Assembly: GCF_963921235.1 (NCBI RefSeq)
Contig: NC_086097.1
Location: 130,388,001-130,452,000 of the forward strand
Length of the DNA stretch: 64,000 nt
Direction of reading: 5' to 3'
Source of the DNA: Mobula hypostoma
Taxonomy: Eukaryota
Below, one piece after another: positions 49,171 to 61,289 of the stretch. How positions within the stretch are numbered: position 1 is the stretch's first letter; each line of letters begins with the position of its first letter. Below the pieces are notes generated by a model that was given only the letters and a program-made list of their open reading frames with translations, was not told the origin of the DNA and did no database searches. The position numbers were made by a program, and so were the translations under genes.

Positions 49171-52100
49171 TGTATTTAATATTTTAGAAATATTTGAGTA
49201 ACATTGTAAACATATTGTTTGATTAAGCCTTCTTTGTTTGTTTAAATAATTCATTATGGGTTATATGTAAAAGTATGTGAATGGCATATATCATTACACC
49301 ATTATGTCACAAGTGTGAGCCTTGCTTAAAGTAAAAACGTAGTTAGACATGTTAATCCCAGCTCTGTGTTTTTAGTTCAATTAGTTTTATGTTCTAGAGT
49401 AAAGAGTAAGTTTTAAATGAACCTGAGATGATGACCCACTTGTTGAAGCACAGTGAGATGTTTGAGTTTTTAAAAAAGTTCAGCGAAACATTCGAGTTAA
49501 AAAAGGCAGAAAACGAGCAAATTCTTGGGTTCTTAAAAAGTGAGTACCAAGTGAGAATAATCATAATTTTTTTTAGGAAAAGGTGAAATGGCTGGGTACA
49601 TCAGAAAGACATACACATTTGACTGCACAAGGGATAACTGGATATTGCATACTGAATGAATTGAACATTATTTTAATGCAAATACAATATCCAATGAAAA
49701 GCAAGTGCCACTTTTGTTGAATGGCATACAGTTTACTTAAAGTTTACCTGCTCCAACCAAACCAACTGAAATGAGCTTTTCTGATATCGTGAAAGTAATG
49801 CAGGGTCATTTAGAACCGAAACCATTGTTGATTGCAGAATGTGTTAGGTTTCACATTCACCATCACAAACAAAAGGAGTCCACTTCAGTGTAGTTGGCTG
49901 AATTGAAGAGATTGTCTGAGCATTGTCAGTTCAGTGACGGGCTTAATGATATGCAGTGTGATAGTTCAGTTTGTGGAATCTTACAAGAATGTATTCAAAA
50001 TGGCTCCTAAATGAAGTACAACTGACATTTAAAAGAACATTTGAAACTACTGTATCAATGGAATGAAAGTGAGCATGAACAAAATTGCAACATCTAAACA
50101 GAAGCGAGCCTGGCCAAACAAATTGTGTTTCCCTTAAGGCAGGGACTTCAGTATGCTAGATCAATGCAGATTTAAAAGACGAAACTTGAAGAAAATGCAA
50201 CAAAGTAAGACACATCAATAGTACATTGGTTAGACAAAAATAAATGAGCTCCACAGGGAAGAGAAAAAGTTAAAAAGTCAAGTTGCAGTTTCAAAAAGAG
50301 CACAGATCTTCATGCTGTTGATGAAAAATCAGATAATAATGAGAATGACATAGGGTGGGTAGCCTTGAGATTTATAATATGAAAACTAACAATGATGTGA
50401 TATGGCTTATGCCATAATTGTATGGCAAATTAATTAAAATGGAATTGGACACTAGCTCAGCTGTCTCAGTCGTTCTCCAAAATGAGTGAAAAGGTATTTC
50501 AAATATACTAAACTGAACCATGCGGATATCTTACTAAGAATTTATACAGGAGAATAGGTAACTCCTGTGGGAATGACATTCATAACAGTGAAAAAACAAC
50601 AACCAACAAGCCAGTGAGCTAAATCACATGGAGACTGAAGGAATTTTTTCCAGGCTTGACCGGAGCCCCATGTGCAATGCGAGTGGTCTCAGTAGCCAAG
50701 AACAACTTGTCTGTCAGGATCTGTGGTGGTCTTAATGTCACCATCAAACCAGTACTGAAAGTAGATCAATATCCTCTGTCCAGAGGATATCCTCGCATTC
50801 CTTTCTGGAGGGAAATACTTCAGCAGAGTTGACATAGCTGAAGCTTACTTAGAGATGGAGATGGAAGAAAAATCCAAAGTGTTTCTCACCATAAACATTC
50901 GAAAAGGGCTTTATTGCTATAGTAGCCATATTTCTGCAGTAGCACCTGCACCTGCACTTTGGCAGAAAACTATGGACCAGGTGCTGCAAGGTTGCTCAGG
51001 CATCATCCCAGTAAAGATGACAAGGAACACATTCAAAATCCCAAAACAGTCTTACGAAGATAATAAGGTTATGGGCTCAGAGCACAATACAAGAAGTATG
51101 AATTCTTCAATCAAAGCAACACTTACTGTGGTCATACTATTGATGTGCAAGGATTACACAAGTGTGCTGAGAAAATTCAAGCAGCGGTGGAGCCCCCAAG
51201 GCCAAAGGACATGTCACAGTTGTGGTTCTTTTTCGGATTTGTCAATTATTATAACAGGTTCCTGCCAAACCTGGCTACCATGCTCCACCCCTTGAACTCA
51301 TTATTACACATTGGGAAGAAATGGCAATGGACAAAGCAGTGTGAGGAGGCTTTCAAAAGGTAAAGGAAATGGTGACGTCAAACACTGTATACAGGTGTCC
51401 CCCACTTTTCGAACATTCGCTTTACAAAACCTCACTGTTACGAAAGATCTATATTAGTACCCTGTTTTCGCTTTCAGAAGGTGTTTTCACTGTTACGAAG
51501 AAAGGCAGCACGCGATAAAAAAATCAGCGCGCTGCCTTTTATCGCGCGCTGATTTTTTTATCGCGTGCTGCCTTTCTTCGTAACAGTGAAAACACCTTCT
51601 GAAAGGCAGCGCGCGCCCCGAGCAGCTGCTCTGCCCCAGATTCGGAACCGCATTGCTGAAACACGTTGCATTGAGCAGCCGTTAGCAAGATGAGTTCTAA
51701 GGTGTCGGAAAAGCCTGAAAGAGTAAGGGTGTTACACTTAGCGTAAAACTAGACATAATTAAGCGTTTCTATCGTGGTGAATGAAGCAAGGACAAAGTGA
51801 GTTTGGCTTGTGGAAGTTGACGAAGATGATGTTGAAGAGGTTTTGGCATCCCATGACCAAGAACTGATAGATGAAGAGCTGATGCAATTGAAAGAGGAAA
51901 GGATAACAATCGAAACCAAGTGCAGAAAGTGAAGCAACTGCGTGAGATTTTCGCTGCGATGATAAAGTACGACTTTAATTTTGAAAGGGTACGTAGGTTT
52001 AGGGGATATTTGCAGGACGGTTTGAGTGCTTACAAACAACTGTGTGATAGAAAAATGCGCCAGGCTCAGCAGTCAAGCAAGCTTTCCACATCAGCCACAG

Positions 52101-54042
52101 CAGACGACGAACCTCGACCTTTGACATCGAGGCAGGCAGTCATAGGAGAAGATGAGCTGCCTGCCCTGATCGACGATGAGATGACACCCCCTGTATCCCA
52201 CCACCCGGGCCCCGGACAGATATTGTACTGCTTCGCGAAGAACGCAGCGGTAGCCGGGAGGCACACAGCACATCTTTAAGAAAAAAGCCAAAATAAACAT
52301 GCTAATTAATTAGGTGCTGCCAAGCATGTAATTGTCGGCTCAGATCAGAGGCGATGCAATTGGCAATTGCCTCTGATCTGCGCCGACATTTACGTGCCGG
52401 GCAGCATCTAATTAATTAGCATGTTTATTTCGGCTTTTTTTCTTAACAGTGTGCTGTGTGCCTCCCAGCTACCGCTGCATTCTTCGCGGCAATGTATCGG
52501 ATAGGCGGCCCGGAGGGTGGGGGCCACTGCACCACCCAGCCTGCGACGACTCAGTCTAACACACCATCATCAGTGTGCTCGGCACTGTTTTCCCAATTCC
52601 GGTAAGTGATACTACACTGTACATACATTATTTCTACTTTATATAGGCTGTGTATTTTTACGTGTTATTTGGTAGATTTGGCAGCTTCATAGTTTAAAGG
52701 TTACTGGAGAGCGCATTTATGCCAACAGTGCTTGCGTGAGATTTTCTGCCGAGAGCTTGCGTGAGATTTTCGCTACGGAGATCTGTGCAGGCAATTGTTG
52801 TAGGGAAGTATTTCTACTTTATATAAGCTGTGAATTTATCATATCATTCCTGCTTTTACTATATGTTACTGTTATTTTAGGTTTTATGTGTTATTTGGCA
52901 TGATTTGGTAGGTTATTTTTAGGTCTGCGAACGCTCACAAAATTTTCCCATATAAATAAATGGTAATTGCTTCTTCGCTTTACGACATTCCGGCTTACGA
53001 ACCGTTTCATGGGAACGCCCTACCTTCGGATGGTGGGGGAAACCTGTATACACATTATGATCTACATTGTCCAGTGAAGCTTGCCTATGTGGCCTCACCT
53101 GTGGTGCAGGTGCAGTCACGTCACATGTTATGAGTGATGGAAGTGCCTTTGCACCACGTTCCCTTACTGCTGCAGAGAAAAATTATGCACAAATTTACAG
53201 AGGGGCCTTGAGTCTGGTTTGGGGTGTAGAATGTTTCAACCAATACTTGTACAGGAGAGATTTTACCCTCATTACTGATTATCAACCACTAATGTCCATT
53301 TTCAATGCACAGAAGGGTGTTCCACTAACAGCAGCAGCACGAATACAGAGAATGCAGAGCTTCTGGGAGGACATAATTACAAAATCGAATTCAAGAGGAT
53401 GACTAGTCATGGAAATGCTGATGGAGTGTCCCGTTTATCCTTGGAAAAGGAAGTATCTGAAAAATTTACAAAGGAGGACACTCCTCTTGATGTACCGTAT
53501 TCTCCTGAATGCAGATTGAAAGTCTCCCTATTACGGCAGAGATAATCAAAAGGGAAACCAGGTCTCAGGTCTACATGACCACCCAAAATGGCTGGAATGT
53601 GCAGCAGAAATCCCATTTCTCCCATTTTTAACAGTGCCTGGATGAACTTGCCTTTGACGGGGGTTGCCTTATGTGGGGATTGAGAGCTGCTGTACCATCC
53701 AAGCTGAGAGCTAAAGTGTTGGAGGAGCTACATGCTGGTCATCTAGGTGAAAGTATTGGCTCTAAATTTTGTCTGGCGGCCTGGGATAGGTCAGCAAACC
53801 AAGCAGCTTGCCATACATTGTCCAGAAGAAAGGTATCCAGAGTCGTCTAAACCACTTCTTGCAGTCTCAGAGTTAACTACTACAACTAGCATAGTGGAGG
53901 CTCTTGAACCTGAGATTGTTTCACAGCCACAACACCATAAGCGCATGCCATGCTTAAAGTAAAAGCAAAGTTCAACACATTATTCCCATCTCCGTGCTTT
54001 TATTTCAATTAGCTTTATGTTTTGGAGTTACAAAATTTAACA
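49171..54042 (+). mobile_element. Decayed Ty3/Gypsy LTR retrotransposon (gag, protease, RT, RNase H; integrase mostly deleted)
   Basis: 5' LTR ~49171-49405; partial 3' LTR ~53933-54042 ending ACA. Gag MAGYIRKTYTFDCTRDNW (ATG 49588); protease MELDTSSAVSV; RT VDQYPL..FSRVDIAEAYLEM..APALWQKTMDQVLQG; GFVNYYNRFLPNLATMLHPL; RNase H RSLTAAEKNYAQI..FTLITDYQPL. Confidence 0.92.
51392..53046 (+). mobile_element. Tigger/pogo-family non-autonomous DNA transposon with both termini and TA target duplication
   Basis: TA|CAGGTGTCCCCCACTTTTCGAA ... TTCGGATGGTGGGGGAAACCTG|TA. Transposase N-terminus KGVTLSVKLDIIKRF..GE joined to C-terminal EVDEDDVEEVLASHDQELIDEELMQL.. with no DDE core. Confidence 0.92.
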
Positions 54043-54294
54043 ATGGACGAGAATGGGTCCCACTGTTTCCTTTGTTGTGTAACTGCCTGTGGGGAAGACG
54101 AATTTCAGGATTGTATACAGCATACATATTTTGATAAGAAATGTACTTTGAATCTTTGAAGCTGACATTCATGTTAAATATGTAACATCAGGTAACTTGG
54201 ATTGCATAAGATTCATACCCTGATGTGTTTCTTGTTTGTTGCTCATCAAGCATACTGTACTCTTCCAACATTAAATCAAAGCAGATTTTAAAAG

Positions 54295-54660
54295 GAAACT
54301 TTGCATTTATATAGCAATTTTCACAAATCCAAAATATTTAACTTTCAACGAATGAAGTATATTTGAAGTGTAGTTACTGTTGCAAAATAGGGAATGCAGG
54401 CATTAGTGTAACATCACAGGCCCAACTTGCTGAACGCCTATGGCATTTTCTCTTTAATTTCAGGTTTCCAGCATTGGAAGTACTTAGGCTTTCGATTACC
54501 TGACAATTGTTTTGCTAATTTGCTCACAGCAAGTAGCAATGTAAGGATGAAAGATGATCTGATTTTAATGATGTTGCATGAGGGCTAAATATTTGCTGGG
54601 ACTTTGTGGGAAATTCCCCTGCGCTGTACTGTGGGGTTTTTACAACCTCCTGAGAGACCA
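54295..54660 (-). mobile_element. Deu-domain SINE with a small internal insert
   Basis: TTGCATTTATATAGC..AATGAAGTATATTTGAAGTGTAGTTACTGTTG..AATTTGCTCACAGCAAG..GAGGGCTAAATATT. Confidence 0.7.
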
Positions 54661-54744
54661 GAACCTCAAGTCACAAGCAAGAAGTGAGAGATAACCGAGA
54701 TGCAGCAAACTGAATGATACAAAGTGCAGCTGGTTAAAGATGGA

Positions 54745-54920
54745 GAGACAAGAGACTACAGATGCCGGAATCTGGAGCAGTGGGTCATGCAGTACCTGTG
54801 GGTGGAAAGGAGCTGTTGATGTTTCAGATCCATCAGAGATCTTGATAATTTATACACCCCCCCCACCCCCACAGATGTTGTTTGACTTCCTGAGTTCCTT
54901 CAGCAGATTGTTTGTTTCTG
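54745..54920. mobile_element. Fold-back Penelope-derived short element
   Basis: ACAAGAGACTACAGATGCCGGAATCTGGAGCA head; CCACAGATGTTGTTTGACTTCCTGAGTTCCTTCAGCAG tail. Confidence 0.6.
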
Positions 54921-55279
54921 GTTGAAGGTGGCGATGTGAGAGAACATCACCGACCAAATGGACATATTTACTTGCAGAGCAGCGAATTTAATTGTACTTC
55001 TTTCTCTTTTTAGTCATGAATGCATAGATTTTTCTCAATCCATTTTAAAAAATGTTGGCATTGCCCAACAGGTCAACAGTGACATCCACTCCTTAATGCT
55101 GAGAGAAGTTGGTAATGAGTCTCCTTCATGAAGTTCTGTGGTCTGGGTGTGGAAGTCCTCTCTGAAGACCATTGGATAAGAATAAAGATTCAGAATTGTG
55201 TTCAAAACCTCAAAAGAACATCCCTACTGAGTCCTTAATATTTCTGGGCCATTAAAGTGCATTCAGAATCTTACCTACA

Positions 55280-55540
55280 TGCATTGCGAGCACATAGAAA
55301 CTCAGTATAAATGGCAATCCTTCCTAAGAAGTGACTTGGATCCACTCCAATTTGCCTGACGTCATGACAGGTCAAAAGCAAATGTTATTTCCTTGGCTCT
55401 GCACTCAATCCTGGAACATTTGGGCAGCAAAAGTGCATATTTCAGGATGCTCTTCATTGACTACAGCACAGCATTTAATACTATCGTCCCCTCAAAATGA
55501 ATAAGCTACAAGACCTCAATACCTCCTGGTACAACTGCTC
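55280..55540 (+). mobile_element. Rex1/Babar RT fragment
   Basis: LRSDLDPLQFA*RHDRSKANVISLALHSILEHLG..FRMLFIDYSTAFNTIVPSK. Confidence 0.9.
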
Positions 55541-55659
55541 CATCTTGCTTTAACATTTTAACGATAAAACTAATCATAATTTCAGAATATTTTCTGTTTG
55601 GGTTCTAGTGAGTTCATCTGATCTAATGCTAATGCCATGTTTTGAACAGATGGGCATAA

Positions 55660-56990
55660 GGGTGTTGGAGATAACCATAAATCCCATCCAATTCCTCCTG
55701 ATTGACTCACCCAGCACTTCTTTCAGCCTGGGTTACTCCTGGCTCTTAATTCACCACCCTCACTTCACATGGTCATCTGGTGTCCTGCTGAGTTGGGGAC
55801 CCACCCATTGAACCAGCTGCCTGCAACCTCAGTTGACTTCTCCCCATAAATCAGTGGAGACAGAGGAAACACTTGACAAAAATCAAACTCCCACAGGAAT
55901 ACCATCGGCTTATTAAAAGGGAGGCCAGCACCCTGGCGCCTCACAGTCCACAGTATTAATGTCCTCCCAGGCACCATCCCTCTCCTAGGTGATCTGTTTT
56001 TCCTCTCCCCTCCTGAGACCCATCCTATGAATAAACAACACAGCCAAACCCAGACGGTGCCGGATTCTTTGTCAAAAGGTACAGTGGGGGTTTTCATCAC
56101 TGCATTGACTGCCATGTACTCAACAAAATCACTATTTAGAAATGGTGCCTTCTTCCCTTGATGGACAGTGTATTTGAAACACTCCATGGGGCCCAGATCT
56201 GTGGCGTGCATACAAACTGATCCGCATCCGCTAGGGGTTGATCAGAGGCTGTTGATGAGAAGACAGCCTTCACAACACCCGCTGGCTACTACAAAAACTT
56301 TGTGATGCCTTTTGGACTTTCCAGTAGTCTAGCCATTTTCCAAGCCTTTATTAATGACATCCTCCGAGACATACTACACAGGTATGTGTTCGTCTACCTC
56401 AATGACATCCTCATCTTTTCCAAGGACCCGCAAGACCACATCTGTCATGTCTGTTCAGTCTTTCAGCGTCTTCTCAAAGGCCATCTGTACTGCAAGCTAG
56501 TGAAATACCAGATCTATGTCCCAGTCATTTCCTTCCTGGGTTGTTAACTATGACCCAGAGAAAGTGCGTGCTGTCATTGAATGTCCTCAGTTGGGCTCCC
56601 TCGAACAGTTACAGTGCTTCTTGAGCTTCTCTAGCTTCTACTGCCGTTTCATCAGGAACTACAGCCAAATGACTGCTCCTCTCACCTCCCTCACCAAATC
56701 ACCTACTCATGGACAACCTGGTCTGCTGCCATGGACCATGCTTTCAAGGAGCTTCACCAACACTCCCATTCTACACCATCAGAACCCCTCTGAACCTTTT
56801 GTGCTAAAGGTGGACGCATCCGACATGGGTGCTGGGGTCACACTCTCCCAGTGAGGACCAGACAGGAAGACACACCCTTGTGCCTTCTTCTAGTGCAAGT
56901 TCAACTCTACACAGCACCATTACAGAATAGCAGACAGGGAGCTACTTGCTATTAAATTGCCTTGGAAGAATGGAGACATTAGCTTGTAGA
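55660..56990 (+). mobile_element. Ty3/Gypsy pol remnant (RT and RNase H), a different lineage from 49171-54042
   Basis: GAGFFVK..CIDCHVLNKITI..LPLMDS; VMPFGLSSSLAIFQAFINDILRD..VFVYLNDILIFS; FYCRFIRNYSQMTAPLTSLTK; PFVLKVDASDMGAGVTLSQ; DRELLAIK. No LTRs seen. Confidence 0.92.
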
Positions 56991-57249
56991 GAATACAAGC
57001 CAAAATTTTCTTGCTAATTTACAAAACGCGAAAACTAAACCAGATGCTGAATATTTCTGCAAAGTACTTTTTTGAAACATTTGTCTTTAAAGCAACAATC
57101 GGTTTGAATTAACCTAGTGAAGGATATTTGTAGCCTGTTCTTGGAACTCAAAGTGAATCAGTGACCCACTTTCGTAACTGACAAATGATAAAAAAAACTG
57201 TGAAATGATAACACCTGAGAAACTACTGGACAATTAGATTTCCAGTAGT

Positions 57250-57715
57250 TTCGAGCATCTTCACTCTACTTGCTAAAAGCCGAACTTCCCAGTGACTAAA
57301 CATTTCAATTCCAATTCCCATTCCTGTTCTGGCGTGTCACCTTATACACCATCTTGATAGCTTCCAACCTGATGGCATGAATATCGATTTCTGATTCAAG
57401 TAAAATCTCTCCCTCACCTCCTCTCTTCTTCTTGTTCCCCATTCTGGCCTTTTACCTCTTCTCACTTGCCTACCACTTTCTCATGGTCCCTTCCTCCTTC
57501 CCTTTCTCCTATCAGATTTCTTCTCTAGCCACTTGACTTAACCCATCACCTTCTAGCTAGCTTCCTTCCCCTCCCTCCAACTTTTTATCCTGGCATCTTC
57601 CCCCTTCCTTTTCAGTTTTGAAGAAGGATCTTGGCCCAAAACGTTGACTGTTTATTCATTTCCATAGATGCTGCCAGACCTGCAGCATTCTTCCAGCATT
57701 TTGTGTGTGTGTGTA
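57250..57715 (+). mobile_element. Older Penelope-like 3' end with a decayed hammerhead
   Basis: FEHL..FPVTKHFNSNSHS..LDSFQPDGMNIDF; CAGTTTTGAAGAAGGATCTTGGCCCAAAACGTTGACTG. Confidence 0.85.
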
Positions 57716-57934
57716 TCTGTACCACGTGTGTTTTTGTTTTGAGAACCAGATTGATATGATATTATTTTTCAGAAATGACTCAGCTTGTGTTGTCTCTTTG
57801 CTTGGGCTCACACAGGTTGGTTGTATCTAAACTAATTTACAAAATCACACCTTAATGAAGGGTGTAATTTGAAAATACTGAGCAATATATCCTATGAGTC
57901 AGTGTGTGTGCTCACACTGCATGAGAAATGACTT

Positions 57935-58030
57935 AATGCTGGCACTTCAGTGCAGTCTTGAGGGAGCGCTGAACTGTCGAAGGAGCCACCTTTTGGATAA
58001 GAAGTGAAAATGTGGTCTGTTTACTCTGAA
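57935..58030 (+). mobile_element. Deu-domain SINE fragment (further pieces at ~59310-59480 and ~59865-59930)
   Basis: CAGTGCAGTCTTGAGGGAGCGCTGAACTGTCGAAGGAGCCACCTTTTGGATAAG; later GATCTCACGGCAGTATTTGAAGAAG..TTTCCTACATTACAACAG. Confidence 0.65.
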
Positions 58031-58044
58031 AAAAACAAATAGGG

Positions 58045-58890
58045 TGTCTTATTGACAGTGAAGCAGGTTGCAATGAATTACAAAGCGACCTTGATCAAAT
58101 AGGGAGATGGGCTGAGGAAGGGCAAATGGATATCAACTTAGATAAGTGTGAGGTGTGCTCTATTTCAAACCAGGGTAGTACACATACACTGAATGATAGA
58201 ACACTGATGAGTGTTGTGGAACAGAGAGAATACTAACAATAAAAGGAGCGGTGAAAGTAGATGGGGGGGGGGTTAAAAAAGACATTTAGCGTACTGGTTT
58301 TCATCAGTCATGCATCAATTTATGAGTGGGGCATTATGCTGCAGTTATATATGTTGTTGGTAAGACCACACTTGCAGTATTGTGCACAGTTTTGGTCATC
58401 CTGTTATGGGATAGACATTGTCAAGCTGGAGGTCATGCAAAAGAGACTTACGATGCAAAGAGACAGAAGGGCTTGATTTATAGGGAGAGGCTTGTTACTC
58501 TGGATTACTATTCCTTGGGACGCAGTTGAATGAGAAGAGACCTCATTGAAGTTTATAAAATCACAAGGATAAAGTGGACATTTATAGTATTTTCCCGAAG
58601 TTGGGGAGCCCAAATTTGGAAGATACAAATACAAGACAAGGGGAGAGAGATTTTAAAAAGACCTGAGAGATCACTTCTTTTCCTAGAGGGTAGTGAATAC
58701 CTGAAATGAACTACCAGAGGAAGTGGTTGAGGTGGGCACAGTTGCAACATTTGAGAGGAATTTGGATAGGTACATGGAGGTGTGGGGCTTAGTTATAGGC
58801 TGAACTTGGGCAACTGGGACTAAAAGATGGGATACTGTGGTTGGCATGGGCAAGTTGGTCCATTGTGTATTATATTATGATTCTATGTAC
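58045..58890 (+). mobile_element. CR1 LINE 3' part
   Basis: LQSDLDQIGRWAEEGQMDINLDKCEV; IMLQLYMLLVRPHLQYCAQFWS. Confidence 0.9.
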
Positions 58891-59969
58891 ATTAAAAAAA
58901 ACAGAAAATGCTGGAAATATTTAGCAGGTTAAAGTTCAAATAAACTTAAATTAAAGTCAAATAGCATCTACGCAGTTAATGTCTGTGGTTGTCAAGCTTA
59001 CATCCCAACTAAGAAAAGTTGGAAAACGGGGTTGTTTTAAAATGCAGAGATGGAAAAAGCAATGGAGAGAACAAAGAGAATCTTTCTGGCAGGGTGGAAA
59101 TTAAGGGAAGATGGATGACAAAGATTGTCTTTCATTAAGGGAGGGAAATGAAGGCTCGTTAATGGAGGAAGCAAAGGGAAGAGAGGAGAGAGAGAGCAAG
59201 AGAGAAAGAAAATTTACTGTAAGCTAGACAGTATCTCTGGAGAGATGTAACATGTTAGAATTAGAGACTGATGATCTTATATCACAACAGGCTAGTTCCA
59301 ACATAGATTGCTTCCTCTCTCAAGCAAAGTGAAAGATCTCACGGCAGTATTTGAAGAAGTGTTCCTAGTATCCTTGTCAATTTTATTCCCTAAGCCAAAC
59401 CTAAAATAGATAAACTGTGAGAGCTTACTGCGTGTTAATTGGTGCATTTCCTACATTACAACAGAGATGAAGCTTTATGTATCTTTGGTAGTGTTACTAA
59501 CAAAGTTCACCTACAAGGGGACTAGGAAGGGAATCTGTGTGCTGACAGTTTAATAGGAATGGGGATGAGCATTCAAGAACCAAATTTCATGGAGGGTACA
59601 GGAAGTGAGATAGGAGAGAATGTGGAGAAGGGGACCAGGTTAAGTCCTTGGAAGCTTGGCTCAAGCACAGATGATTTTTCTCTTTGTCATTACACTGTCA
59701 GGGTTAGAATGCCTCAGGATTGAAGTTAGTGTGGCTGAAGTAAGGAAGATGAGATTGTTGTATTACAAAGATAACTGAATTAATCCAGGTGGTATAGTGC
59801 AAAAAAATCTAGCGTCTACCTTCACATAACATAAAAAGGATCAGCCTTCAATACAACCTCTTCATTTATAAAGTGCTTTGCAATGTCCTGTAGTCAGAAA
59901 GGTGCTGAGTAGCTGCAAGTTCTTTTTTCTATACTCATGAAGTTCCATTCCGATTACAACAAAATAATA

Positions 59970-60172
59970 ATGAACCTACCCTCACCCTATCAGGACTTTT
60001 CCCTTTGTCCTATCTAACCCTCCCCTACCCTTCTCTAACTTATAGTCTCTTTCCCAGTTTTGATGAAAGGTCTTTGACCTGAAACGTTAATGACATTTCT
60101 CCTGCCATAGATGTTGCCTAACCTGTTGAGTTCTTCTAACATTTTCTGTCTTATATTTCTGATTTCCAGAAT
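59970..60172 (+). mobile_element. Penelope-derived 3' fragment with a near-intact hammerhead
   Basis: CAGTTTTGATGAAAGGTCTTTGACCTGAAACGTTAA..ATAGATGTTGCCTAACCTGTTGAGTTCTTC. Confidence 0.75.
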
Positions 60173-61289
60173 GAATCTGTCATCCCGGTAAGTCAGTGCT
60201 GCTAGTTAAATAGATGCAGTTTCAAATTATGACTTAAATTTATTTTCCTTAAGAAGTAAACAAATTTCATATAACTGAATGATCTTGTTTCAATTATATC
60301 TGGAAAAAATTTAAATGTAAATTGTGGCAATAACACTCTGGAGGTAAATAACATGGAAATTTTAGCCAAAGAGGCATCTGAAGTATATAGGGACATATGT
60401 GGCAGGTTTTCCTCCAGAACTACTTGGGTGATATTTTAGCTTTATTAGAGTTTTAAAATAGTTTTTTTTCAGACAATATAGCTTCTTGCACAACAGGATG
60501 ACATTTGATGTGTGGTCTCAAATCTGTGGGGTGCTGGGAGGTGTCAGTTTTTCCATGAAAATCCCAAATTGCACCCATGGGAGACTTGGTCTTTGACTGC
60601 TTAAAGCAGCCTCAGCAAAGGTGGCATTCAATAGATGGTATTCAAGGACTTCCCAGACCACACACATGGTACTGATTCAAAACCCTGAGGTAGTCTGCAA
60701 GTATTTTTTAAGGATCAGTTCTGTTTTTATAAACAGTGCAGTTGACATTCTTTACAGTATTGGTCACCAATCTGTGCACCAGAATGTAAAATGAAAGGCA
60801 GCCAAAGTGATGTGGCGACCTTAATGCTGATGGATGACGCATACAAATGTAATGACTAACCATTTGTTCTAATAATATCCATATAATTCATAGGATTGCA
60901 TCCTTGCAATGACCTGATTGGTATAACAGATAATCTCTTCTGCAAATGTTGGTAATTATTAATTTTTAACTGTATTTCTTTCTAAGAGGTTTGTGCTCAA
61001 CAACATAAGCACTGCCGATGAGATTGACTTGCATTTCAGACGGTCTGTAACCATTTCAAACATCTCATGCAAGTTGCAGATACAGCAGAAGATGGAAGAA
61101 ATGCTATGACCCAGGCAGTTGATAGTTTTACCACAAACCAACATTTTGGGAAAGGGCGCTTGAGGGCAAGATGGAAGTTAACAATGTTGTTTTCAAGTGC
61201 AACCTCTTTTATCCTTTTAAGCATTTGAAATACAAAAGCATGTTTTTTATTATTTAGTAGTACCAGACCACATATCTGGCTAAGTACTA

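Noticed and set aside
51920..52279. Possible domesticated TIGD-like gene
   Set aside because: It lies inside a TA-flanked element with terminal repeats, lacks the DDE domain, and has upstream stops and frameshifts.
55014..55111. Possible coding exon (TTTCTCTTTTTAG acceptor, G|GTAATG donor; HECIDFSQSILKNVGIAQQ..)
   Set aside because: The peptide is unrecognised, the donor is weak and no partner exons were found. It cannot be supported without transcript data.
55765..56211. 148-aa minus-strand ORF
   Set aside because: It is the antisense shadow of the plus-strand Gypsy RT remnant.
60959..61230. Overlapping open frames on both strands after a pyrimidine tract
   Set aside because: No recognisable protein; the lengths are compatible with chance.
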